The notes under the pieces: model-generated
Databases searched by the model: none
Told to the model about the DNA's origin: nothing
The model's input: the letters and a program-made list of their open reading frames with translations, nothing else
DNA from: Laetmonice hystrix
Lineage: Eukaryota
DNA: 64,000 bases
Reading direction: 5' to 3'
Assembly: GCA_965235115.1 (NCBI GenBank)
Contig: OZ249447.1
Coordinates: forward strand, 9,858,001 to 9,922,000
Shown here: positions 21,800 through 34,137 of the stretch, one piece after another
Position numbering within the stretch: position 1 is the stretch's first letter
Layout of the letters: every line of letters begins with the position of its first letter
Made by a program: the position numbers and the translations under genes

Positions 21800-23389
21800 C
21801 AGGATCTAACCTGAGTGGAAGACCCACTTGGATCAGGGCGAGGAAAACGGTTTTAAGGTTTAAACCTTTCAACAGCTGCTGGTCCGCAGACAGAAAAACC
21901 ACAGAACTTGATGAGCAAATTCAAGCCGTTATAACTATGATTCACGTAAAAATAAACACATCTTCCAACGAAATTTCTTTGGAGGCTTTCAGTCCTGTTG
22001 AAACCGATATTCATTTGCCTGAGACAAAATAGTGTTTAGCTACAAAATAGTGTTTACTTAAAGGTAATAAACGTGAGCAAATAAGGCGATTTAACTTGGA
22101 CAAAAACGTTACGCCAGTCAGCGTCGGAACACGAATGGTCGGTAACTCCTGCTCAGGACCATACTTAATGAAAACACGCTTACTGCTAATGTAAACACCG
22201 TTCAGGCCCGCAGCAAATCCTTGCTGGTTCACTAGGGCAATCAACTAATTGTGCTGTGTTTAATTTTATACCTCGATCATCTCTGATAGGATGACATTTG
22301 AGATCACCCATCACAATCACTCGCACTCATGTTAATAAACAAGATGATTACGATTGAGATTAGGATTAATGTGATATTATAGGATTAATATCATTAGGAT
22401 GTTTCACATCAAATTAACAAGGCTCTGATGTATCTATCATAGTACACCATACACTGTATATATCAGATTGCATCCTATGGTTTCTATGGCTCACTGTGAC
22501 ATCCCAAGTTGCACAGAGTTTTCTAACTCTCCCACAATAATAATACTGAAGCCCTTCGCCTTTTTAATGATGAGAGAATGCCCGAACACCTCCCACCCCC
22601 AAACTCACCTTACCAGTCCTTGAACACGACACACAGGTACCAGGTACTTAAGGTGTAACCATGACAATGGAGCTTCTTAACCATACAAATCACACCTGCA
22701 GGTGTCTCTTGATATACAACATGACTATAGATGTCGCACGCTGTAAACTCTGCCCAATGAAAGCCTACTGTTCGGGCTATTGTTGTCCACACTGAGCCTG
22801 TGCCATCTTCCCATTGTCATACATGCGTGACAGTCTCTTCTACCGCCTCAATTTCCCTACTCCACGACGGGTACCTGTCGTAGTGTTATAGTCTCCCGCT
22901 AGAGGGAGCCGCGCCCATCGGTCACACTCGCTGCAGAACGGACCACAGACATGGGAGATTCTCCAAGCAGAAGTAGCTGGGGATATAGTCCACTCGACTA
23001 CACAAACACCAGCGCTGGGTTCTTTAAAAGGTTGTGATCTGAGGTTAAGTCCCGCCTCAGGAGTCGGAAAGGTCTGTTGTAACGATCGAATGAGAATGTG
23101 GATCTGCTCACTTCATCGACCCAACACGTCAGTTAGTCAGGCCGCAATGTTTTAAAAGGTGACGAGAGACATGAGTGAACGTCCTGTATCATACATCACT
23201 TCCTCCCCCTCCTCCCTCCCTTTACGATAACAACATCTACTGATTACATCGGTCGTGATTATGTGGTCTCAACATCACCAACTAGTCACTGAGCCAGTAC
23301 CCCTGGCGGCGACGGAGGACATTACAAGGGAGGCAAGGTCAGGAACAAACTGGACGTATTCGAGGAACTCGTGAAAAAAAAACACTTAC

Positions 23390-23421
23390 CAGTGGTGTCA
23401 GTTTCCATCGGACATTGTGAC
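23390..23421 (-). other. Candidate 32-nt non-coding (5' UTR) exon of plexin
   Basis: TTTTTTTTTGTTATTTCAG|GTCACAATGTCCGATGGAAACTGACACCACTG|GTAAGT: strong acceptor and donor 32 nt apart on the plexin strand. No expression evidence. Confidence 0.5.
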
Positions 23422-24907
23422 CTGAAATAACAAAAAAAAAAACAAATCATTAGACACAAGTGACATCACTGGAATCAAAACTTGATACTCTATGATGTAG
23501 GTTGCATAACATAAATTATATCAGAAAAACTCCCACACCCGAAAGGAGTTTGCTAAATGGAATATTTCTGCGGGAGCTAGCACTACAGGTCCACGCGTCT
23601 ATGTCTGACCAATAATACCCTCATCCCTTTCAGATCTCTGCCGTCAGAAGAATGTCAAGGATTTCATTAAGACCTCCAAATACCAGCTCAGGTCAGGTCA
23701 GGTCAGGTCAGGGTTAAAAAAGGTGAACAAAGGCCCACAGCGGCGGATCAGGTGAGATATTGTCTCCACGGTGGACACACAGACAGCCACGGGTCAGTTT
23801 ACAACGTCATAATCTCAGGTGACCTAACTCCTCAGTGGTCACGTGACTCCCAATCCGAGCCCGATTCGTGTCACAGTGGGTCAGAAGGTGAGGTGACCAC
23901 GGAGTCATCATACGGTCCACACTGTGTCCGTTCACACGTTCTGCTGTTCAGAACAACAAAAAAGAACCAGAGCGAAGAAATATGTCGGCTGCACAAACCC
24001 TGATTACTTCTAAAGATGAATGAATCGTGGATAATCTGAACTGTTTCGTTTTTTTCTCCACCATGATACAAGTTACAACCATATAATATCAACATATTGC
24101 GTGTCATTCTATCATTTAACAAGTCAACTCGATACAAATCCTTGGTCAGACAAACGCACGCATTATGTTGTGATTCCTCATTAAAATTTCAGTAAGTATG
24201 TAATCACGGCGTTCATTACGCTAATTGCCATCCAAATATCTGTTAATTTGTGGAAGTTAGTCACTCATCGGGAACTCCTTTAACTTCCCGACACATATCC
24301 CCTCCACCGTCCGTCCTGAAACTAGATTCTGATAGTTGGGGTCCGGGCCTTGACGGATTCCAAGTACATCCGAGCCAAACTGTGAGCCTCTCAAATATCA
24401 TCATCACTTGTGTGTCTTCCTATCATGGAAGGGACGTTTAAAACATCATCAACAAATCATTCCTGGAAGTGACGCAATACAATGCCATCATGAATTCCTT
24501 TCCGTGGTTCCAGAACATAGGAGGAATGTTTTTGCGTTTCACAATACAAAAAAATGTATAAGCATAATTGATTGAGACCGGACGTTGTGGTTGCAGTATG
24601 TCCTCATGTCCTAGTTGTATTTCAGTCATACTGTCAATGACCATTTTTTGTGTCCTGTCGTACGCAGACTCACAGCCTACTGATGTAGCTATGCTCGTAA
24701 TCTGTTCTGATGACATCAAGTATCCATTGAATAGATGCTGGTGGGTGATCAGTTAGAAAGCATTAATTACTATTGGCCATGGCATGTAAGTATGTAATTA
24801 TATGAAATGGATTCAAGCCAGGACCTGCTGACATAGACACACACTGACACTACCTCCAGCGAGACGTAAAATACCATCGGCATACACGGTAAATCACCTC
24901 GGTATAG

Positions 24908-25848
24908 CCGAGTGTTTGGTCCGGCCTGAGTGTTTGGTTGGGTACCAGTGTTTGGTCTGGTCCAAGTGCTCGGCTCGGTCCGAGTGTTTGGTTGGGTCCG
25001 AGTGTTTGGTCTGGTCAAAGTGCTCGGCGCGGTCCGAGTGTTTGGTTGGGTCCGAGTGTTTGGTCTGGTCCAAGTGCTCGGCTCGGTCCGAGTGTTTGGT
25101 TGGGTCCGAGTGTTTGGTCCGGTCCAAGTGCTCGGCTCGGTCCGAGTGTTTGGTTGGGTCCGAGTGTTTGGTCTGGTCCAAGTGCTCTGCTCGGTCCGAG
25201 TGTTTGGTTGGGTACCAGTGTTTGGTCCGGTCCAAGTGCTCGGCTCGGTCCGAGTGTTTGGTTGGGTACCAGTGTTTGGTCCGGTCCAAGTGCTCGGCTC
25301 GGTCCGAGTGTTTGGTTGCGTACCAGTGTTTGGTCCGGTCCAAGTGCTCGACTCGGTCCGAGTGTTTGGTTGGGTACCAGTGTTTGGTCCGGTCCAAGTG
25401 CTCGGCTCGGTCCGAGTGTTTGGTCCGGTCCAAGTGCTCGGCTCGGTCCGAGTGTTTGGTCTGGTCCAAGTGCTCGGCTCGGTCCGAATGTTTGGTTTGG
25501 TCCAAGTGCTCGGCTCGGTCCGAGTGTTTGGTCTGGTCCGAGTGTTTGGTTGGGTCCGAGTGTTTGGTCCGGTCCAAGTGCTCGGCTCGGTCCGAGTGTT
25601 TGGTTGGGTACCAGTGTTTGGTCTGGTCCAAGTTCGGCTCGGTCCGAGTGAGTGTTTGGTTTGGTCCAAGTGCTCGGCTCGGTCCGAGTGTTTGGTTGGG
25701 TCCGAGTGTTTGGTCTGGTCCGAGTGTTTGGTCTGGTCCAAGTGCTCGGCTCGGTCCGAGTGTTTGGTTGGGTACCAGTGTTTGGTCTGGTCAAAGTGCT
25801 CGGCGCGGTCCGAGTGTTTGGTCCGGTCCGAGTGCTCAGCTCGGTCCG
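24908..25848. repeat. 18-bp-monomer minisatellite with 36/54-bp higher-order structure
   Basis: Monomers tccgagtgtttggttggg / tccgagtgtttggtctgg / tccaagtgctcggctcgg alternate. Confidence 0.95.
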
Positions 25849-26346
25849 AACCCGGCAGACCTGGATCGAGTTCCGCCTGGTGTTGACTTTTTCCCAGCCT
25901 GGTAACAGAATACTAATAGCTGACAAGACATCAAGGATGTTGTTTTCCAACGAATGTAACAAGGATGTCGGTGTAACAAGGGTGCAAAACTTGCTCTTCG
26001 CTCTAACATCGTATCAGATAACAGCTGATGTAATCGGCATGGGTAATATTGGACTTATTGAAACGGACAGACAGAGATTGATGATAATATGGCGTTTAAT
26101 CGGAGCAGCCCCGGAACCTGGATTTCTGCCTGAGTCGTCTTGGATCTTTTTAAAGCATATTTCTGGCACTCCGCCCCCTTGGCTACTTGTCTATATGAGT
26201 CACACATTAATAAAGTCTTTGTAAGGCTTCGATCGTTAATATTTCACGTTATCGCGGAGCGGTGAAGGTTAGGAACATCCTCATTCTAACATTTCCTCGA
26301 AATTTGGTGGTTAAAACTTAAAATCTATCACTTCTCCCCCCCCCCC

Positions 26347-26632
26347 CGAGTTTGGTGTTGTGAGTACCACCGAGTTTGGTGTTGTGAGTACCACCGAGTT
26401 TGGTGTTGTGAGTACCACAGAGTTTGGTGTTGTGAGTACCACGGAATTTGGTTTTGTGAGTACCACAGGATTTGGTGTTGTGAGTACCACAGAGTTTGGT
26501 GTTGTGAGTACCACGGAATTTGGTTTTGTGAGTACCACGGAATTTGGTGTTGTGAGTACCACCGAGTTTGGTGTTGTGAGTACCACAGGGTTTGGTGTTG
26601 TGAGTACCACAGAGTTTGGTGTTGTGAGTATA
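26347..26632. repeat. 24-bp minisatellite, ~12 copies
   Basis: gagtttggtgttgtgagtaccac(c/a/g). Confidence 0.95.
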
Positions 26633-27232
26633 CCGATCGGTGCTGATCTACTCAAGTACTGTTTGAGTGAGTGAGCCGAGTTGTTGCTCACCTCTCTGTG
26701 ACACAACCATCTCTATCAGCTCTCGGCGTGGGAAACACAACACCATCCTGAGTCTGGTTCCAGTCACAATCAATGCCATCCTCTCCTCATCCAAATAAAA
26801 AACATCTTTTTTCTACATCGAATGCATCAAGGAGGCAGACCTGCATGCTGAACGGGCCTTGATACAGTGGTGGAGAGGGGCTCAATGGTTCAGTACAAAT
26901 CTTCACTTGAGTTTCTCCTGATTAAATTGACAGTTTCACACGAGGCTGCCATCTAGCGACAAAAACACAAAGATTCCCGGAGATTGATCACAAGACTGGG
27001 GACAATTCCATTTCACCTTTCAGTCTCACTCCTACATGTCTTCATTCTTACCAACAACTCCAGACACTTTTTTCACAATATTTAAATCTCTTTTTTTCTC
27101 CTTTTGTTTTGTACAGATTATTTTTCACCCGGATTCCGACTGCGGTGTCCTGGTTTGAATTGCTGTGATATATTTTATTGAGACTTTTTAACGTTTTTAA
27201 ATCAAGCACGCACAGCGTCACCTCATCCTGCT

Positions 27233-27373
27233 GGGCCCGTTTTTTGGTTGAGCTTGAGTCAAATTTGAGACGAAAACCTCGTCTCAAGCTCACGGCCCTA
27301 TATGAGTCGCCGTGAGCTTGAGACGAGGTTTTCGTCTCAAACTTGACTCAAGCTCAACCAAAAAACCGGGCCC
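27233..27373. mobile_element. 141-bp near-perfect foldback element (MITE), ~64-bp arms, GGGCCC termini (PIF/Harbinger-like by inference)
   Basis: gggcccgttttttggttgagcttgagtcaa...gctcacggc / 12-nt spacer / gccgtgagc...ttgactcaagctcaaccaaaaaaccgggccc. No clean TSD. Confidence 0.85.
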
Positions 27374-29924
27374 TAGTCTTACGACGATGACTCAGGACAA
27401 AGTTAATGACGTTCCCTACCACCAAAACGCTGTTTAACCGAACGAAGCTTTGAAGCAAATTTGATGGAATTAGAAGCACTGTCTGGCTTTCTGGAAATCA
27501 TTCTGAAGTGGTCGCCACCGCGCGGAATAGGTCTCGGGGACCGAAACGGAACCTTTGGTATAGTATAGCGAAGGCAGACGAAAAAAATAGAAAGAAAGCG
27601 AAATCTGTGGTTGTCTGGGATCGAGCTGAGAGATGAAGCTGGGAATGCGAGCAGACAACGAACACACTGATTGGGAGACGAGAGATTCCCCTTAACGCCG
27701 TGTTCAGTTCGGGCAGCAAACCACACTCAGGTATTAATTGCATTCATTTAGTTGGCATCTGGTTATAAACTGGGTAAACGTACAGTTAGAATGCAATTAA
27801 AATTGTGCGATTTCGCGTGAGGGGAATTTTGTAGCAATTTCCAGTTCATGTCGAAATAATAATTAAAATCCTGTAAGTCTGACAAAGCATCAAAATTAAT
27901 TGTTTTCAGCTGAAGAAATCACTACACGTAATAAGAATGAGGGCCTACGGGGGACATCGGAGCCAGGGAGCAGTAGGCGACTCGCTCGACTTGACAGGTG
28001 TTCGGTCTGCCCTAATTAACACCTTTCATTAAAACATAATCAATGCTAAGCGACGTGAAATAAATATTTGACATTCAAAGTTTTTTCCACATGTTCTAGT
28101 CGGCTGAGTACCATTAGAAGTTCCAAGGCGCTTCAGGAAATGTTGTTTAAAAGCACTTCACTGTATTGACCTTTTCCTTCATCTGTCCCGTGATTTACTT
28201 TGGTTCTATGTGTCACGGACTGCAGGGCGTCTATTAACCAACCAGAATAAACCTTTAGTCGCTCATGGAATTTGTTATTTAATGTACATTTACTCCAGAT
28301 CAGTCACCCATACAGTACTTCCACCACAAAATTAAGATAAGTCTAACTGAGATACGGTGATAAGAATTAGCAAGCTGGCCTGCCTTCCCTGGCATAACTG
28401 AAAAATACTTTTTAAATACTTCTTATATTTCTCTCAACTTCCAATAATGTTGTTTCCGTTCCGTTGCAAAGATGTAAAAAGTGCGATCATTTTGCGACAA
28501 GATTTCAGATCTACTGGGACTGCCTTCCCTGACCGGAATCAACGTGGGGGGTGATGAATATTCATGAGATCTGCTGTTCGGGGGCCTGTTATCTGCGGGA
28601 CAGCTCTGGGGTAGTTGGTCGATAGGTGGCGCCCCGCTCGCACAGCGTGTCGTCAGACGCCGCCACGTGCCGCTCAGTGACTCTCCGGTCATGATAAATG
28701 ATCGGCTGGTCGTTTGGTGGACATGTTACCATGGAAACACCCTCACCCCTTTCCGCCATTTATTGTCGTTCAAAACCAACCACATGATGACTGTTTGTAG
28801 CTGAAATCAAACAGACGCTGCTCGAAATACAAAAATGGATTTTATCACCAATTTTCCAGCTGTGAGAGTGACAACAAATGGAGGAACAATGACAGTTTCA
28901 GTGCCTAGTAATTCACTGGATGCAAATACTCTTTCCATCCGTATTACAGCTACAGTAGAAAATGTGTGTTCTCAACCGCTCTCAGTGTGGCTGCGATCAG
29001 GGACACGCGTACCCGCTCTGCTATTGATTATTGGTATTTGTGGGAGACATGTAGCTTTGTTATCGACTGCTACGTTTGTGTTTGATACTTGTGAATAAAG
29101 ACAAGGAAATCAAAGTGGCCACAAGGAGTCGTCAAAGTGCTCTAGCCTCACCACAGAACTCTTGTCATCCATTTAACTATAGCCTGGGGACGGAACCCTA
29201 TTATACCTTGGTCTGATAGTACCCGGGTTCTCCACCACTACGAGCTCAAATTAAAACACCATCAATCATTTCTCAACGTTCCTCGTTAACAGCGTATTCT
29301 TTCTTTGTAACCACGACAAAAATGGAGACAATCGTTTCCTCCTGTGGAGCGATCGATTGGTTGTTATACTTATATCTGGTTACACAGAGTGCTTCCCCTG
29401 GGACTGGTAGGGCTGCATTATTTATAACAAGTGTGCATATCACACTCCCACCTACCTATCCACGTGGTTATACATGCCCGCATCATACAAATCAACCCCA
29501 TCTCTGACTCAGGCTTGATCGACGTTACAACCCTGGTCCTAGGCACTTGAACTTTAAATCACGCAATGCCAGACGTCCTTTTAAAAATTCTCTTTGCCAA
29601 CCTTTGTTTCATGGCTATCTTTGCCCCGAAACCATCCCGCGTTCCCGTCATTAGTCTTTGTTTGGTGTGGGAGGCGCCCCCTCCTTACGTTGTCATTGCG
29701 TGATACACAGGTGCCCGACTGGCATCTGCCCAAGCCCAGTCATTTCCTAAGTGCTTTCATTTCCTAGAACTTGCCGGGATGATGTTGGGGCACAGATCAG
29801 GGCTCGACCCCCACCCCACCCTCCAGATCATAGCGAGCCTAGTTGTCTCCCAGGCTCGTATCACCTAGATGACCTTAGCACCTGGCCAGGTCTTACCTGT
29901 CACCGATTGCAATATAGATCATAA

Positions 29925-30190
29925 CCACTGTATACCAACCTGAGTACGAGTGGTGTGGTACAGAGCCACTGTACACCAACCTGAGTACGAGTGGTGTGTT
30001 ACAGAGCCAGTGTATACCAACCTGAGTACGAGTGGTGTGGTACAGAGCCACTGTACACCAAAATGAGTACGAGTGGTGTGGTACAGAGCCACTGTACACC
30101 AACATGAGTAAGAGTAGTGTTGTACAGAACCACTGTAAAACAACCTGAGTACGAGTGGTGTGGTACAGAACCACTGTACGCGTACGAGTG
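29925..30190. repeat. 41-bp minisatellite, ~6.5 copies
   Basis: cactgtacaccaacctgagtacgagtggtgtggtacagagc. Confidence 0.93.
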
Positions 30191-30226
30191 ATGTGGATCT
30201 CTTTATTTTGATTTTATTTTAAAGAA

Positions 30227-30277
30227 GCGTTAAGCTTAAGCTTACGCAAGATCTTAAGCTTTTACGAACTAGGCCTA
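30227..30277. mobile_element. Palindromic remnant, possibly one end of a GG(G)CC-ended MITE
   Basis: gcgt(t)aagcttaagcttacgc palindrome followed by ttttacgaactaggcct. Confidence 0.3.
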
Positions 30278-31660
30278 GATGTTTGAATAATTCGAATTTA
30301 ATGATTCATCTGTCTTGTAACACTGTTAAAGGTCACACCTTCACTCAAAAATAATAAAATTCCTTAAACTCATCAGCCGTTTCATATAACACCAAGGAAG
30401 AAATATAGGTTACTAATACTGTATGCGGATTTAAAAATGTAAATAACACTTTATGTGCGCTGTATATTTACATTTCGCATCCTCGACGATTATAACACAA
30501 ATGTCACTCATAAATTAGCAAGCATGCTAGAATCCGTCCTCCCTGTGTCACCCTAAGCTCCGCGACCCCTGGCAGCTATCTGCCTGGATCAGAGACCCCC
30601 ACCCTCCCAATTTTCCCACAGTTCACGCTGTCAGTGCTATCAAACCCGGCCATCTCATCAGCCAAAGACAAATCTTCATTTTTGTTATGAGCCGTGACAG
30701 ATCAGTCGGATACCATCACCAGCGGAGCCTAGGAGAGACAATGTGGACGACAGGCTTGGCTAACACCGACCGCTGCCCAACCCAACCCAGCACAATGCTC
30801 ACATGTAAACCACCGTGAAATTCAGACACTACTCATCTACATAACAACAAGCACCTGTCAAGAAGTCCATCACTTAAAGGGGGACGCCTGGCCGCCGCTC
30901 TACCCCCCCCCCCCCCGCTCCCATTCCCTGCCACCTGGGCCAGGTTCATCTCGCTGTTCGTATGTCAGCCACCGCTGACGACGTCCCCCCCCCCCCCCGC
31001 CCCAGGCAGTAAATTAGTAGCCGAGGTGTTCTCTTAATTCCTCGCACACTTAATGGATCTGGAAATTATGTCTCAACTTGATTAGAAACAGGATATCACG
31101 TTGGCTGGATGGAAATACCACAAAACCCAGATTTTCATCACCCAGATTGTTGGGAGACTGTCGGTGAAATTACCGCCCATATCAAGATGGACAGGCGGCT
31201 AGGCTGGCGCCCAGAATGAATCTAGGACAATCCACTGCCCGCTTCACAAAAGGATGCAATTAAAATACTTGTATTCTGCGTGCAAGGTTTAAGTCCCCGT
31301 CCTCGTCAGTTTAATTAATACGCTATACGCTCAGACAGACCAGTGAATCCGCCCTATTTTTATACTGTATCTTTATAATGTATGTTTCCATGAGCAAGAC
31401 CCTCTATACGCCCACTGATTTAGTCTTATATAACCTCAAACACTGGCGGTTTCGATTACAAGTTAATTTTCAACCAGACTTATCTTTGCTGTAAAATTTT
31501 GTAGTAATAGGGCTCCATGCCATTAAGGCTGTGCTATTATAATCTGATCATTCAGGCTCGTAATGAACAGATGAAAATCATGATGAACACAAGATGAACA
31601 GAAGAAGGAGCGGGAGGATGACGAGAAAGGAAGCATCCTGATCACGACAGTTAGTACCGA

Positions 31661-31813
31661 GGGACACTGACCGAGGTACAGTAAGCCAGGTACACTGACT
31701 GAGGTACACTAACCGAGGTACAGTAACCGAGCTACCCTTCCCGAGGTACAGTAACCCAGGTACACTGACCGAGGTACAGCAACCGAAGTCCACTGACTGA
31801 GGTACACTGACCG
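31661..31813. repeat. ~14-bp degenerate repeat (ccgaggtacactga), ~11 copies
   Basis: Direct inspection. Confidence 0.85.
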
Positions 31814-32419
31814 AGGGGGCATAACTTATTAACCTGGGCCAGACCAGGGACCGCCTTTCCCTTTATTGCTATACCGCGAGCTAACCTGAGCTGAAGCAAG
31901 CTTGATCTGAGAGTTCCTGAACCCACCCTACCCAGCCCAATTACTACCCTCGGTAACCACTTCAGCTACCACTCCTGTCCTGTCCTGTCCCAAACAGTCC
32001 CTGGCAGCCTTGATCCCAACTAAAAACCTTTATAAACCCCCTCTGACCTGCGTAAAGAAAGACTTTCCTAGGTGAAGAGTTCGCTGAGCCCCAGCTACCC
32101 GAGCCCGGGTCGCGGGTCCGTCATAACGTCACCATGCATGACTTTGTGACCAACCGCTCGGGTACGGCGGACAGGATAGGTCGACACCTCCGGGCTTGTG
32201 TGTTGTTTTACCGGCGGGAGAACTATCCTGTACCGAGTCTGTGGTCGCCTGGTTGGTATAACCTCCCCCCCCTTCCTAAATCCTGCAGGGGGCTGGGGAT
32301 GGAGGGGGGATACACACTATTCTGATAATAAGAAATCAGATGCTATGTTTACGCATTGCGAGATAATGTCAAGTGTCATTAATTTGAGTCTTGAGAACAA
32401 AGCTGTCGGTTATCTCGAC

Positions 32420-32478
32420 TGACCAGTCGTACCTACACCCAGTCGTACCTACACCCAGTCGTACCTACACCCAGTATA
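32420..32478. repeat. 16-bp repeat x3 (ccagtcgtacctacac)
   Basis: Direct inspection. Confidence 0.85.
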
Positions 32479-32604
32479 CAGTGATACCACACGTATACAG
32501 GTTATCACATGAAAGCGGTGCCCAGTATAATCATCCAGACATGGACACTGCTCTAAGAAATCATTGTCTTACATCAACAGAGACTTTCAACAATAGTGAG
32601 GTTC

Positions 32605-32845
32605 ATCGCCATGGTAACCCCACAAATAGCGACGGTCATCGCCATGGTAACGCCATGGTAACCCCACAAATAGCGACGGTCATCGCCATGGTAACGCCAT
32701 GGTAACCCCACCAATAGCGACGGTCATCGCCATGGTAACCCCACAAATAGCGACGTTCATCGCCATGGTAACCCCACAAATAGCTACGTTCATCACCATG
32801 GTAACCCCACCAATAGCGACGGTCATCGCCATGGTAACGCCACTA
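32605..32845. repeat. 30-bp minisatellite, ~8 copies (same family as 34138-35398)
   Basis: gacggtcatcgccatggtaaccccacaaata-type unit. Confidence 0.92.
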
Positions 32846-32880
32846 ATTGTGTCGGTCCCCGCCATGGTGGCCTCTATATC

Positions 32881-33409
32881 ACATGTCTCATCACTGGTAT
32901 ATTCATGCGTCTTATCGGAACTTCATGAAAATCACACCGCCTGAACACTCACATCCAAACACGTCACCAATTGTGATGGTCACCTCCATTGTAACCGTAC
33001 CTTAGCATTTTACTTAATTACAATTTCACAATTTGCGACAAACCCCCGAATAATGTTGTCGCGGCGATTTACTAAAACATGTATCCAATAAATTATGACA
33101 AATTAAAAAGGTCGTTCAGATTTCAGTTTTCTTTCACTGAGATGAAGCTCCTGATATTTGACGTTTCTTCAATGTTCCATCAAAGATGTCAGACCTTCCC
33201 GCCCCACCTCCTGTCATCAGGATTGATGTCAGTTACTCCACCAGGTAGGGTACTACGATCCGTGTGTAATTCCCACGCTGGGGACCCCGTCATAACTTAC
33301 CTTCTCCAGACAGTGCCTTTATATAACATGTCTCCTCACTGGTATATCCATGTGTCTTATCGCAACTTCATGAAAATCACACCGCCTGAACACTCACATC
33401 CAAACACGT
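32881..33409. repeat. ~84-95-bp direct repeats (32881-32964 and 33326-33409) separated by ~360 bp
   Basis: acatgtctc(a/c)tcactggtatat...cttcatgaaaatcacaccgcctgaacactcacatccaaacacgt present twice. Confidence 0.9.
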
Positions 33410-34137
33410 ACTCCGACTGAGGAGGAGGAGGAGGCCACCCGAGTGCACATCATTAAATCCTGGTTGGGTTTAGGTCTGGACACTGTGAGACAAGTAGATA
33501 TTTCCCTGATCCTCACAGCACAGCTGTGGCAGGCACATCCAATAGAGAGATCGCGGCGTGGGTTGATGATGATCAGGGCTGCCTGGGTTCCTACTCTACC
33601 TCCTCTGTGGACGGCAGCGCTGTGACTAACGGCTTCTAAACAAACCTGTCCATGTGCTCCCTCTCTCCCCGCCCCCTCCTCAACCTCCCCCAGGCAGCCT
33701 CGTCCACATCTCCTCGCCACATCAATGGGCCGCGGCACTGGTGAGAGTGTGGCCAATCACAACCGTCCTTACTGTAACCCGACGGACACAGCGTGCTATC
33801 TACACGACCCACCCACAGACAGACACACAGACAGACAGAGGGACCCGGCGGGCGCGTAGTGATATCAGCAGGACACCGACATGTGATCAGGCCAGCTGGT
33901 CAGTGGCGGCGGGCGATCACTGCTGGCCTCGCTCCCACCCCGCCACACGCCGCCACACAATCTGCGGGTTGTGCCGCTAACCCGATGTTATCTCAATACC
34001 CCCCTCCCAGCTGAAAACACCCCCCTAAACAATCTGTGGGCGAACCCGACTCTATAAATACACCGCTTGGGTTGACAATGAGGATCCATGCACAGGGATC
34101 GAGCTGGTGTCAGCGAAAGGTTAGAGACAGTAACAAT

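Noticed and set aside
24770-26224. Six overlapping 190-329-aa ORFs
   Set aside because: Artefact of the 18/54-bp array, open in nearly all frames.
30325-30520. TTAAAGG-starting AT-rich segment suggestive of a Kolobok-type end (also near 30874, 62990)
   Set aside because: No paired CCTTTAA end with matching TIR found at a plausible distance.
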